From: Thermodesulfobacteriota bacterium
GTDB taxonomy: Bacteria > Desulfobacterota_D > UBA1144 > Nemesobacterales > Nemesobacteraceae
Reading direction: 5' to 3'
Assembly: GCA_965204035.1 (NCBI GenBank)
Contig: OZ241964.1
Span: forward strand, 1,167,933 to 1,231,932
Length of the DNA stretch: 64,000 nucleotides
This document shows, piece after piece, positions 42,530-54,804 of this stretch. The position numbers and the translations under genes are program-made. Position 1 is the first letter of the stretch. Each line of letters opens with the position of its first letter. The notes beneath the pieces were generated by a model. The model was not told the origin of the DNA and searched no databases. It saw nothing but the letters and a program-made list of their open reading frames with translations.

Positions 42530-43813
42530 ATGAAAGTGGCCCGTCTTCACGGATTCAAGGACATATTCCACCCCGAAACGGAAAAACTGCGGCTCGTAGA
42601 GAGCAAGACCAAAGAGGTGTTCGAGCGCTTCGGTTTTTCCGAGATAATCATTCCGATCCTAGAGCTCTCCGGGGTCTACTCAACAGGGCTCGGAGACACC
42701 ACCGACATAGTCCAGAAGGAGATGTACACTTTCGAGACCAAGGGCGGAGAGTGGGTCTCGATGCGACCCGAGGGGACAGCGGGAGTTGTAAGGGCCTTTA
42801 TCGAGCATTCTCTTCACAGAAAGTCGCCCGTTACGAAGCTTTACTACTCGGGAGAGATGTTCAGGCACGAAAAACCCCAGGAAGGAAGGCAGAGAAGCTT
42901 TAACCAGATAGGAGCCGAGCTTTTCGGTTCCAGGGACCCCCTTGCGGATTCAGAGATAATCGCGATGCTCTGGCTTGCGATCACGGAACTCGGGCTCTCG
43001 GATCACGTGGAGCTTGAACTTAACTCAATAGGCAAGCCAGCTGAGCGCGAGCAGTACAAAAAAGCCCTTACGGACTACCTCTCCCCGAACAAGGACTCCC
43101 TTTGCGAGAACTGCCGGAACAGACTCGGCACGAACCCCCTTCGGATACTTGACTGCAAAACCGGAGTGTGCCGCGAGGTAACTTCCGAGATCCCCTTCTC
43201 GATCCGGGATTATCTCTCCGAGCAGAGCAACGAGCATCTGGACACTCTTACCTCCTCTCTCGGCGAGAAATCCATACCCTACAGACTTAACCCAAGGATA
43301 GTGAGAGGACTTGATTACTACACAGACACGGTCTTTGAGGTAACGACTGACAAGCTCGGTTCCCAGAACGCCGTGGCCGCCGGGGGAAGATACGACCTTC
43401 TGGTTGAGCGGATGGGGGGACCGGAAACTCCCGCAGTGGGCTTCGCGATGGGGCTTGAGAGGATACTGCTTCTGCTTGAGAAAACCGGGACGCGGAGGAA
43501 TTCTCCGGGGAAAAAGCAGCTCGTATGCATCATCCATATCGGGGAGGAAGCCCGGGGAGAAGCAGCGAAAATAGCCGACGACCTGAGGAAAAAGGGCATG
43601 CGCGTTGAGACCGAATACGAAAACAAGAGCCTTAAAAGCCAGATGAGAAGAGCGAACAGGACCGGGGCGGCGTACTCAGTAATTATCGGAGAGGACGAGC
43701 TTCGGAGAGAAGTCTTTTCGCTTCGCAACATGAGAACCGGAGAGGAAAAGACGTTCCCCCTCGAAAAACTTGCCGACCTTGGGGGACACGGCGATTTCCG
43801 GAAACTTCTCTGA
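42530..43813 (+). CDS. hisS: Histidine--tRNA ligase
   Basis: Class II aaRS motifs (RPEGTAGVVRAF), HisRS-specific regions, and a C-terminal anticodon-binding domain. Confidence 0.9.
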   Translation: MKVARLHGFKDIFHPETEKLRLVESKTKEVFERFGFSEIIIPILELSGVYSTGLGDTTDIVQKEMYTFETKGGEWVSMRPEGTAGVVRAFIEHSLHRKSPVTKLYYSGEMFRHEKPQEGRQRSFNQIGAELFGSRDPLADSEIIAMLWLAITELGLSDHVELELNSIGKPAEREQYKKALTDYLSPNKDSLCENCRNRLGTNPLRILDCKTGVCREVTSEIPFSIRDYLSEQSNEHLDTLTSSLGEKSIPYRLNPRIVRGLDYYTDTVFEVTTDKLGSQNAVAAGGRYDLLVERMGGPETPAVGFAMGLERILLLLEKTGTRRNSPGKKQLVCIIHIGEEARGEAAKIADDLRKKGMRVETEYENKSLKSQMRRANRTGAAYSVIIGEDELRREVFSLRNMRTGEEKTFPLEKLADLGGHGDFRKLL

Positions 43814-43855
43814 TTCGCCCGCGACGGCGAAATCCCGTTTACACACAAAGAGCCT

Positions 43856-45088
43856 ATGCTTAGAAACAAAATTTTTTACGGATGGATCATAGTATTAGCT
43901 GGACACCTGCTCATAACGCTTGACGGGATGGTTCTCTACTCGTTCGGGATATTCCTCCCTTACCTAAACGAAGCTTTCGGTCTCTCCACCGCCGCCGGAT
44001 CGTCATTTTTTTCCCTGAGGTGCGTGTGCATGGCCTTTTCCTTCGTGTTCGCGGGAAGGCTTATAGACACCCATGACGCGAGGTACCTCACCTTCTTTGG
44101 AGGGCTTATAGGAGCATTCGGCTTTCTTCTCTCCGCTTATGCCCAGACCACCTGGGAACTCTACCTTACCTACAGCGTAATGGTGGGAATAGGAGACGGG
44201 TTTCTCTACATACTGCCGGTCACCATTATCAGCAGGTGGTTCGTTAAGAAAAGGGCGCTTGCCATAGGGATCGCCACGGCAGGGGTTCCGGTAAGCGGAC
44301 TGGTGGTAAACCCGCTTACCACCTGGCTTATAGAATCATTCGGTTACGAGCGCGCCCTTGTTTATCTGTCCGTAATTTTCACCGCGATACTCTGCTCCGC
44401 GTTCCTGGTGAAAAGCCACCCAGAGGACATGAATCTCAGGCCGTACGGAGAGAACTCCGAGGATGCGGCAAAGGAGACGGGAACTTCTGACTGGAGTCCG
44501 AAGGAAGCGTTTTCACACTCAAGCTTCTGGCTTATGTACGCCGCCTTCTTCTTCGGGTTTAACACTTTTCTCATTATTATCGTTAACCTCTTTAACTTCT
44601 CGGTAGGATCGGGAATAACGCCGCTTGTGGCGGCCGGGGCGCCCGCCTTCATAGGGGTCGGAAGCATTATCGGGCGGATCTTCTTCTCGGGAGTGGTAAC
44701 CAACATGCTCAGGGACGTGCGCATACTGTTTGTATGCTATTTCTTTCAGGCATGTTCAATAATCCTGATTCTGTCGGTCGTTGAGGTATGGTCGCTTTAC
44801 CTGTTCGGCTTTCTGTTCGGCTTTTTCTACAGCGGATGGGTACCGATGTTTCCGACTATACTTGGAAGATTCTACGGCCTTAAGTCGCTTGGAAGTATCT
44901 TCGGCGTTTTCGGCACCGGGTTCTCCCTCGCCGCGATCAGCGGTCCCCTTATCTCGGGATTTCTCTTCGACATGACCCAGAGCTACCAGAACTCCCTTGT
45001 CGTGGCGATGGCGGCGTCTTTCATAACGGCCTTGTTAACGCTTCTTATAACAACTCCCGCAAAAAAAACTGAGAAATTCGGTACTTAG
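43856..45088 (+). CDS. MFS transporter (oxalate:formate antiporter-like subfamily)
   Basis: 12 predicted TM helices. MFS motif GRLIDTHDARY between TM2 and TM3. Confidence 0.85.
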   Translation: MLRNKIFYGWIIVLAGHLLITLDGMVLYSFGIFLPYLNEAFGLSTAAGSSFFSLRCVCMAFSFVFAGRLIDTHDARYLTFFGGLIGAFGFLLSAYAQTTWELYLTYSVMVGIGDGFLYILPVTIISRWFVKKRALAIGIATAGVPVSGLVVNPLTTWLIESFGYERALVYLSVIFTAILCSAFLVKSHPEDMNLRPYGENSEDAAKETGTSDWSPKEAFSHSSFWLMYAAFFFGFNTFLIIIVNLFNFSVGSGITPLVAAGAPAFIGVGSIIGRIFFSGVVTNMLRDVRILFVCYFFQACSIILILSVVEVWSLYLFGFLFGFFYSGWVPMFPTILGRFYGLKSLGSIFGVFGTGFSLAAISGPLISGFLFDMTQSYQNSLVVAMAASFITALLTLLITTPAKKTEKFGT

Positions 45089-45129
45089 TCCCCCGGTTTT
45101 GGTTATATTAAAAGCTGGGAGAAAAAACC

Positions 45130-45345
45130 ATGTTCGGACTTGGCACGGCTGAATTACTGATAATACTGTTTATCGCCCTCGTAGTTCTGGGGCCAAAGGA
45201 GCTTCCAAAAGTCGCAAGAACTCTTGGCAGGGGGATAAGAGAGCTCCAAAGAGCCAAGGATGATATAAAAAAGAACATAGAGTTCGAAGACGATACCGAC
45301 GAGAAAACCAAGTTCCAGGCACCCGAAAAGAACGAGAACGCCTGA
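45130..45345 (+). CDS. tatA: Twin-arginine translocase subunit TatA/E
   Basis: MFGLGTAELLIILFIALVVLGPKELP N-terminal TM helix plus amphipathic helix. 71 aa. Confidence 0.85.
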   Translation: MFGLGTAELLIILFIALVVLGPKELPKVARTLGRGIRELQRAKDDIKKNIEFEDDTDEKTKFQAPEKNENA

Positions 45346-45408
45346 CTTGTCAAAAGGACTTTCTCTGATAGTATTTTCCCTAATCGTTTTTTCCTTTGAG
45401 CCCTCTCT

Positions 45409-47016
45409 ATGCCCAAGATAACCATCGACGGAATTGAACTTGATGTGGACGACGGACTGAACGTCATCCAGGCCGCCGCGGTGGCCGGGATAGAGATTCC
45501 CCACTTCTGCTATCACCCTTCGCTGAGCGTGGTCGCCCAGTGCAGGCAGTGCCTCGTGGAAGTGGAAGGCGTTCCCAAGGTGCTCCCCGCGTGCAACACG
45601 ACCGTAAGAGAGGGCCTCGTGGTGAAGACTGACACCGAAAAAGCTTTTGAGGCAAGGAAGGCGGCCGTTGAGTTCACGCTGATAAACCACCCGCTTGACT
45701 GTCCCATATGCGACAAGGGCGGAGAATGCCCGCTCCAGATGACCACTTTCGATCACGGTCCCGGTTACAGCAGGGTCGGCGGTCCCGAGAACAAGAAGGT
45801 AAGGCAGAAAAGCTACCTGAGCGACCGCATAATGTACGACGCCAACAGGTGCATCATGTGCACTAGGTGCGTGCGTTTCACGGATGAGGTGACAAAGACC
45901 CACGAACTTGGAACCACGGGAAGAGGATTCCGGAAGAAAATCTCCGTTTTCCCCGGCAAAACGCTTGATAATGAACTTGCCGGAAACGTGATTGACATCT
46001 GCCCGGTCGGTGCCCTGCTCCCCAAAGACAACCTTCACGAAGAGAGGGTCTGGTACATGAAATTCACAGACTCCGTGTGTTCCCTCTGCAGCACCGGGTG
46101 CAACATTACCGTGGGCGTCGACCCGAGAAAGGGAGAGGTCTCCCGCATACGCCCGAGAATAAACGAGGAAGTTAACGGGCACTGGATATGCGACAGGGGA
46201 AGATTCGACTACAAGGAGGTACAGGAGTCGACCAGGCTTAAGGACCCCATAATGAAAAGCGGTGGGGACTACGAGATAGCCTCCTGGGAGAACGCGGTTA
46301 ACAGCGTCGGGGCCAGGCTCTCGGGAATAAAGTCGGGCGACGCGGACACCTGCGCTATCGCGGGATCGGCCAGGCTTACAAACGAGGAGATGTTTCTCGC
46401 AGTGAAGCTCTCGTCCACCCTTGGGGACTGCCCGGCAATCTGCGCCACGGGAACCGGGGAAACAGAGAAAAAATTCAACCTTGTAAGCAACGACCCTTAT
46501 CCAAACAGCGCCGGAGCCAGGAATTTCATGACACAGGCAAACGGAAACGATATAAAAGCCACGGTGGACTCGCTGCTTGCCGGCAGGATCAATACGCTGG
46601 TGGTTATCGAAGCCGACCTGTTCGAGATGGTTTCGGGCCACGAGAAATACGCACTTTCGCGGGCGCTTGAGAGAATCAGCTTCCTTGCGGTTATCGACTA
46701 CAGACTAACCGAGACCGCGAGATACGCTCACGTAATACTTCCGGCGGCAAGTCCCTATGAAAAGAACGGGACTTTCACGAACGACGCCGGACGGGTTCAG
46801 AGAATAAGAAAGGCCATCCCTCCTCCCGGGAATGCCAAGTCCGCATGCGAAATACTGTGCATGATCGGGGAGCGGCTCGACAAGGCCCTGTTCAGCTACG
46901 GCTCCGCGTCGGAAGTGATGGATGACATAAGCCTCAAGGTCCCCAGATACGGGGGGGTCAGCTACGACAGGATAGGTACCGTCGGAAAAGTTCTTGAACA
47001 CGGCGCGGGCGGATGA
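45409..47016 (+). CDS. nuoG: NADH-quinone oxidoreductase subunit G (short, 535-aa form: 2Fe-2S plus 4Fe-4S N-terminal domains, truncated molybdopterin-like domain)
   Basis: 2Fe-2S cysteines (CYHPSLSVVAQCRQC), HPLDCPICDKGGECPLQ, CIMCTRCVRF, DICPVGAL. Confidence 0.85.
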   Translation: MPKITIDGIELDVDDGLNVIQAAAVAGIEIPHFCYHPSLSVVAQCRQCLVEVEGVPKVLPACNTTVREGLVVKTDTEKAFEARKAAVEFTLINHPLDCPICDKGGECPLQMTTFDHGPGYSRVGGPENKKVRQKSYLSDRIMYDANRCIMCTRCVRFTDEVTKTHELGTTGRGFRKKISVFPGKTLDNELAGNVIDICPVGALLPKDNLHEERVWYMKFTDSVCSLCSTGCNITVGVDPRKGEVSRIRPRINEEVNGHWICDRGRFDYKEVQESTRLKDPIMKSGGDYEIASWENAVNSVGARLSGIKSGDADTCAIAGSARLTNEEMFLAVKLSSTLGDCPAICATGTGETEKKFNLVSNDPYPNSAGARNFMTQANGNDIKATVDSLLAGRINTLVVIEADLFEMVSGHEKYALSRALERISFLAVIDYRLTETARYAHVILPAASPYEKNGTFTNDAGRVQRIRKAIPPPGNAKSACEILCMIGERLDKALFSYGSASEVMDDISLKVPRYGGVSYDRIGTVGKVLEHGAGG

Positions 47017-48062
47017 CTCCACTTCTGATATCAATAGCGGTCGCAAAGATAGCGCTTGTCTTTTTCGTCGTCCTGACGGTTGTCGCCTACCTCACATTCG
47101 CGGAAAGAAGGTTAAGCGCCTTCATACAGGATCGCTACGGACCGAACAGGGTCGGGCCTTCCGGGTTTCTCCAGCCTCTTGCAGACGGCATAAAATTCAT
47201 TTTCAAAGAAGACATCATTCCCCCGAAGGCGAACAAGACCATGTATGTAATGGCCCCGGCGTTCGCGCTCGTCACGGCCCTTGCGGCCCTCGCCGTGATT
47301 CCCATAGGAAAGGGGGTTCACACGGATCTTTTCGGATTTCTCCAGGACCCCGTGTTCATAAGGTTCCAGATAGCCGACATAAACATCGGCCTTCTCTACG
47401 TGCTCGGAATAAGTTCGCTCAGCGTGTACGGCGTGGTGCTCGGCGGGTGGGGTTCCAACAGCAAGTACTCGCTTCTGGGAGGCCTTCGGGCCGCGGCGCA
47501 GATGATAAGCTACGAACTCGCTCTGGGCCTGTCCATACTGGGGGTAATCGCCATAACGGGCTCGCTTCGCCTGGGGGACATAATCGAAGCGCAGGAGAAG
47601 ATGTGGTTCTTAATCCCGTCCTTTATAGGGTTTGTGGTTTTCGTAGTTTCCGCGTTTGCCGAAACCAACAGGCTTCCGTTTGACATGCCGGAAGCCGAAC
47701 CCGAGATAGTCGCCGGCTATCACACCGAATACAGCAGCATAAAATTTGCAATGTTCTTCATGGCTGAATATACTCATATGATAGTTGCTTCGTGCATGAT
47801 AACTTGTTTGTTTTTGGGTGGTTGGTATCCCTTACCGTTCGGAGGGTGGTTCGGCATCGATATCAACACGCATTGGTATCTGCCGCCAGCTGTCTTTATT
47901 GGCAAAGTCCTTTTCTTACTCTTCCTGTTTATCTGGGTAAGATGGACTTTGCCAAGGTTCAGGTATGACCAGGTAATGGCCCTCGGCTGGAAGAGGCTTT
48001 TCCCCCTAGCAGTAGCTAATCTTCTCCTCGTAAGTTTTCTTATCATTCTTGGAATTCTTTAG
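47013..48062 (+). CDS. nuoH: NADH-quinone oxidoreductase subunit H
   Basis: Conserved NuoH/ND1 N-terminus (AERRLSAFIQDRYGPNRVGPSGFLQPLADGIKF…). Eight TM segments. The start overlaps the nuoG stop (ATGA). Confidence 0.95.
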   Translation: MTPLLISIAVAKIALVFFVVLTVVAYLTFAERRLSAFIQDRYGPNRVGPSGFLQPLADGIKFIFKEDIIPPKANKTMYVMAPAFALVTALAALAVIPIGKGVHTDLFGFLQDPVFIRFQIADINIGLLYVLGISSLSVYGVVLGGWGSNSKYSLLGGLRAAAQMISYELALGLSILGVIAITGSLRLGDIIEAQEKMWFLIPSFIGFVVFVVSAFAETNRLPFDMPEAEPEIVAGYHTEYSSIKFAMFFMAEYTHMIVASCMITCLFLGGWYPLPFGGWFGIDINTHWYLPPAVFIGKVLFLLFLFIWVRWTLPRFRYDQVMALGWKRLFPLAVANLLLVSFLIILGIL

Positions 48063-48077
48063 TATATAATTGCGTTT

Positions 48078-49010
48078 ATGAGGGATTTACACCTCGAGCA
48101 TGACAGTTCCATACGAATGGCGGCGTTTGAGCATGTCAAAAAGCTGAGCGCAATCTATACCCATATACCAGCAAAAGAGATCTCAAAGGGTTTTATGTTT
48201 GAAGGAGAGAAAATCTCACTTGTAAACCCACGCGGTATATTCAAACCTAAAGAGATGAAATCTCTTCTCTCAATCAGAACAAGATTTCTAAAAAAAGGCC
48301 ACAAACCCCTGTACGAAGACCAAATAGACGTTCACAGGAAAATTTTTGAAGGCACAGAATACATAAACTACGACTTTATGAAAAAGGGTGGTCCTGAAGC
48401 CAAGGAGAACCAACTGCTTCGCGAAGCATTTGAAAACCAGACCCCCATAATCTATTTTCTTGGAATTGCTCCTGGCCAATATCAGGCAATAGCACCCGTT
48501 TTTATCGGGGGCTGGGACAAAAATGCCCAGAAGGTCATGGTGTTCTTCGGCAAATCCAACCAGAAGGAAATGACTCCTCCTGAAACTTCGGAGGAAAGGC
48601 GTTACACACTACATACGGTGAAACAACGGGTTCATCAAGGACAGTTCCGCGAATCAATTCTCGCTGCCTACAAAGGACGATGTGCCTTGTCCGGCATTCC
48701 CGAAAGACGCCTGCTTGACGCAGCCCACATAATCCCCGATGTGAACCCTGAACTCGGTCAGCCGGTAATATCAAATGGCCTGCTGCTCTCCAAGATCCAC
48801 CACGCGGCGTTTGATGGTCACCTGATAGGAATCGATCCTGACTATGGACTTCACGTTTCAAAGCGCCTACTCGATCAGGATGACGGTCCGACGCTTGAAG
48901 CGCTCAAACAGCTAAGGGGTAAGAAGCTAAGGCTTCCGAAACTAAGGCAGGATTATCCTGACAGGGACCGTTTGGCGTTGCGATACGGAGAATTCAAGGC
49001 CATGGAATAA
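48078..49010 (+). CDS. AT-rich HNH-family nuclease (COG3440/HNH_2-type, putative restriction endonuclease with uncharacterised N-terminal domain)
   Basis: C-terminal HNH_2 core GRCALSG…LDAAHIIP…NGLLLSKIHHAAFDGHLIGID. The gene starts 16 nt after nuoH, and GC is clearly below the flanks. Confidence 0.75.
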   Translation: MRDLHLEHDSSIRMAAFEHVKKLSAIYTHIPAKEISKGFMFEGEKISLVNPRGIFKPKEMKSLLSIRTRFLKKGHKPLYEDQIDVHRKIFEGTEYINYDFMKKGGPEAKENQLLREAFENQTPIIYFLGIAPGQYQAIAPVFIGGWDKNAQKVMVFFGKSNQKEMTPPETSEERRYTLHTVKQRVHQGQFRESILAAYKGRCALSGIPERRLLDAAHIIPDVNPELGQPVISNGLLLSKIHHAAFDGHLIGIDPDYGLHVSKRLLDQDDGPTLEALKQLRGKKLRLPKLRQDYPDRDRLALRYGEFKAME

Positions 49011-49180
49011 CTCTTCGCTTCCTGAGAGGAATTCTGCAAAGCCATTGGACTAAGTCCCCAAATTTGGCTTCCAATCACCTGCTGCCACATGGTTTTCTGA
49101 GACAAAACAGATTTTGACCCGTCGTATTGTTGAAATGAAAGTGACAGGTCGATTACACGCATTCCTCTTTGGTAGAATCC

Positions 49181-50353
49181 TTACATTTCCATCAGAAAAG
49201 ACGCCATGTCCCGAAGACCGATGGCCTCGACATTTTTCGCGAGGAGATACCGGTCGGCACCCGCCGTGACTACGAATGAGCGCGCGGGCCCTATATCTTC
49301 AATAGCGTTTCGAAAACCCCTTGACAGGGTAGCGGAGAGAGAGCGCTTGATTTCGATCGCTATCGGACCGCGGGTTCCCGGAAGCTCCAGCAGCAGGTCG
49401 ACCTCCGCGCCCGCGGAAGTCCGGTAGAAGCTTGCCCTTGTCCCCTGCGGTGCGACAGACAGGAGATTTTCCACGACAAAGCCCTCCCAGCTCGGACCGA
49501 CGACCGGATGGCCGGCAAGAGAGTTGTAATCCTCTATGCCGAGCAGGGCGTGTACAAGACCGCTGTCCCGCACATAGACCTTCGGCGACTTCACGAGACG
49601 TTTCCGCACGTTGGCGTGAAACGGCGGAAGGCGGCGCACCAGCAGAAGATCGGCCAGCAGGTCTATGTATCCGCTTACAGTCGGAGCGCTGACCGAAAGA
49701 CCGGAGGCAATCCTCGAGGCGTTAAGCAGGGTTCCCTGGCCATGGGCCAGCATGGTCCAGAGCCGTTCAAGTGTCTGGGCCGGGATGCGCCACCCGAACT
49801 GTGAAACGTCGCGCTCAAGATAGGTCCGGATGAAGTTGAGGCGGAAGGCAAGGCTGTTTTTGTTGTTCCGGGAGAGAAAACTGTCGGGAAAGCCACCGCG
49901 CACCCAGAGCGAGGTCACCAGATTGTCGTCGGGTGCCGATTCAGGCACGCTCAGGGGATTCAGTTCAACATGCTCAATCCGTCCCGCCAGACTCTCACCC
50001 GATTGTCTCAGCAGATCAACGGAGGCTGATCCGAGCACCAGAAAGCGGCCCGTGCGGTGACCCCGCCGTCTTCCCCGGTCAATCAGACCGCGCAACTCGG
50101 AAAAAAGCTCCGGAACGCGGTGAACCTCGTCCAGGATTACCAGGCGGTTTTCGTAAGGCTCGAGAAACAGCGCGGGGTCAGCGAGCTTTTTGCGGTCCGC
50201 GCTGGCTTCAAGGTCGAGATAGAGCGCGTCCCTCTTTTTGCCAATCTCAAGCGCAAGCGTTGTCTTGCCGACCTGACGGGGACCGATCAGCGCTACTGCG
50301 GCCTGCCGACCGAGAGCCTCCTCCACTTGATGGTATGCGTAACGTTTTATCAT
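49181..50353 (-). CDS. AAA-family ATPase with DUF4143 (COG1373-type)
   Basis: Walker A GPRQVGKTT, Walker B LVILDEVH, and a DUF4143-like C-terminal half. GC (approximately 62%) is above the window average. Confidence 0.8.
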   Translation of the reverse strand: MIKRYAYHQVEEALGRQAAVALIGPRQVGKTTLALEIGKKRDALYLDLEASADRKKLADPALFLEPYENRLVILDEVHRVPELFSELRGLIDRGRRRGHRTGRFLVLGSASVDLLRQSGESLAGRIEHVELNPLSVPESAPDDNLVTSLWVRGGFPDSFLSRNNKNSLAFRLNFIRTYLERDVSQFGWRIPAQTLERLWTMLAHGQGTLLNASRIASGLSVSAPTVSGYIDLLADLLLVRRLPPFHANVRKRLVKSPKVYVRDSGLVHALLGIEDYNSLAGHPVVGPSWEGFVVENLLSVAPQGTRASFYRTSAGAEVDLLLELPGTRGPIAIEIKRSLSATLSRGFRNAIEDIGPARSFVVTAGADRYLLAKNVEAIGLRDMASFLMEM

Positions 50354-50420
50354 CCTTGCATTTTAAAAGATAAACTTTAAATTTGCAAGGATAATTTGAA
50401 GCAGGACGGCTCCAAGAACC

Positions 50421-52997
<2,577 letters not shown>

Positions 52998-53115
52998 TCA
53001 GAATTTTCAAGGAGATGATCTTCTCTGGCGACCGTCCATCGGATAGTGTCGTCTCCCAGAATTCCATATTATCAGATAGCGAAAATTGCTGGAAATAGAT
53101 TATCTATAGTAAAAA

Positions 53116-53144
53116 TTTGATATTCTCAAATGTTCGCCATATAA
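53116..53144 (+). promoter_or_regulatory. Sigma70-like promoter TTGATA-N17-TATAAT upstream of the AbiEi-like gene, embedded in inverted/direct repeats
   Basis: Perfect -10 and near-consensus -35 with 17-nt spacing in a 30%-GC intergenic region. Inverted repeat ATTATCTAT (about 53100) / ATAGATAAT (about 53163). Confidence 0.4.
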
Positions 53145-53227
53145 TGATACACAAATATGATGATAGATAATATTAAGTAAAAATTGGAGAAAATCAAATT
53201 AAGACTGAAAAGAATCTAAAGAAATCC

Positions 53228-54034
53228 ATGGTCGGAGTTGAGCTGGTCAGACTTCTGGCTTCCCGGGGAGACAGGATATTCTCGACAGAACGGGCGCGGG
53301 AAATGGCGCCTCACGTTGGTCTCAAGGATTCGTATCTTTGCGAAGCTCTTTACCATCTCCGACGAAATGGCTGGATAGTCTCGATTCGCAGGGGGCTGTA
53401 CGCACTGTCCGTTCCCGGGACTTTTCCCGTGCACGAGTTTGAGATCGCGATGAATCTGGCAAGCCCTGCGGCGATTTCTCACTGGCTGGCCATGAATCAC
53501 CACGGCTTGACGGATCAGATACCTAGAACGATTTTCGTCCTGACAACCACGGGAAGTTCCTTCCCGCGTGTTCGAGGGATTAAAAGCAGAGGAATGTCCT
53601 ACAGAGGGTATAAGAGCGGGAATACTTTATACAGGTTTATTCAGGTGAAACCCGAGCATTTCTTCGGTACGGAAGAAATACTGATCGGAAACACTCTGGT
53701 ATTGATAACGGATCCCGAGCGTACGCTTCTGGACGGCCTTTGCCGTCCTCAGTACTGCGGCGGCTTCGCCGAAGCGCTCCACGCCTTTAATGTCATAGGA
53801 GATAACCTCAACATGAAGCGAATAGTAAAGTATGCTCTTCGGCTGAATGTCGCGGTGGCAAAGCGCTTGGGGTGGATTCTGGAATACTGGGGTTACGATT
53901 CTTCCGAATTCAGCGAACTCGCAGAACTGCCCGTCAAGGGCTACCGCAAGCTTGACCCCTTGGGGCCGAGAAAGGGACCGTGCAACAGTCGCTGGATGAT
54001 ACAGGAGAACCTTCCCGGGAACGTTGACTCATGA
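53228..54034 (+). CDS. AbiEi-like (COG5340) antitoxin/transcriptional regulator, orphan: no AbiEii/DUF1814 partner adjacent
   Basis: N-terminal wHTH of AbiEi type (ELVRLLASRGDRIFSTERAREMAPHVGLKDSYLCEALYHLRRNGWIVSIRRGLYAL) plus a C-terminal domain of about 170 aa. Sits in a low-GC cassette between gyrB and dcd. Confidence 0.5.
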   Translation: MVGVELVRLLASRGDRIFSTERAREMAPHVGLKDSYLCEALYHLRRNGWIVSIRRGLYALSVPGTFPVHEFEIAMNLASPAAISHWLAMNHHGLTDQIPRTIFVLTTTGSSFPRVRGIKSRGMSYRGYKSGNTLYRFIQVKPEHFFGTEEILIGNTLVLITDPERTLLDGLCRPQYCGGFAEALHAFNVIGDNLNMKRIVKYALRLNVAVAKRLGWILEYWGYDSSEFSELAELPVKGYRKLDPLGPRKGPCNSRWMIQENLPGNVDS

Positions 54035-54064
54035 TAAAATCAGCCGCAAAACACCGACCGCCAG

Positions 54065-54628
54065 TTAAGCCTGCGAAATCTTAGGATGCGTGATGCCGGT
54101 CTGTTTCTGGTATTTCCCCTTCTTGTCTGCGTAGGATCTGTCACACTCCTCGTCACCTTCGAAAAAGAGCACCTGGGCGATTCCCTCGTTCGAGTAAATC
54201 TTTGCGGGAATGGGAGTCGTGTTCGAGATCTCAAGCGTCACGTATCCCTCCCACTCGGGCTCAAAGGGAGTGACATTCACGATTATTCCGCACCTTGCGT
54301 AAGTGGATTTACCGACGCACACGGTAACTGTGCTCCTGGGTATCCTGAAATACTCAACGGTCTTTGCAAGCGCGAAGGAGTTCGGCGGAATTATGCAGTA
54401 ATCGTTCTCTATCTCCACAAAGGAGTTGGGATCGAAATTCTTCGGGTCAACAACCGCGCTGTGAAGATTGGTAAACACCTTGAACTCGTTGCTTACCCTT
54501 ATATCGTAGCCGTAAGAGGAAAGGCCGTACGATATGACACCCTTGCTTACCTGGCCTTCCACAAAAGGGTCTATCATCTTGTGCTCAAGCGCCATTTTCC
54601 TTATCCAGTGATCAGGTTTGATTCCCAT
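54065..54628 (-). CDS. dcd: dCTP deaminase
   Basis: Dcd/dUTPase-fold motifs (…GYDIRV…, [32 protein letters not shown]). Confidence 0.95.
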   Translation of the reverse strand: MGIKPDHWIRKMALEHKMIDPFVEGQVSKGVISYGLSSYGYDIRVSNEFKVFTNLHSAVVDPKNFDPNSFVEIENDYCIIPPNSFALAKTVEYFRIPRSTVTVCVGKSTYARCGIIVNVTPFEPEWEGYVTLEISNTTPIPAKIYSNEGIAQVLFFEGDEECDRSYADKKGKYQKQTGITHPKISQA

Positions 54629-54804
54629 TGGTGTTCTCCTTTCTGTTTTCTCGAATCTTGTTTAACATCTGATTCGTATTACTCTCATATAAAAGATGTT
54701 TTTTAAACTCAGAAACGTTGTCTAATCCAGTCGTTTTCATGCACTGAAATGAAGCGGTCCATAAGAAACGGCGCCTCGCATATGACCGGGGCCCCGCAAA
54801 AGAA

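Noticed and set aside
45154-46641. 495-aa minus-strand ORF opposite nuoG
   Set aside because: nuoG is unambiguous (Fe-S cysteine motifs). The antisense translation has no features and is a by-product of GC-rich codon structure.
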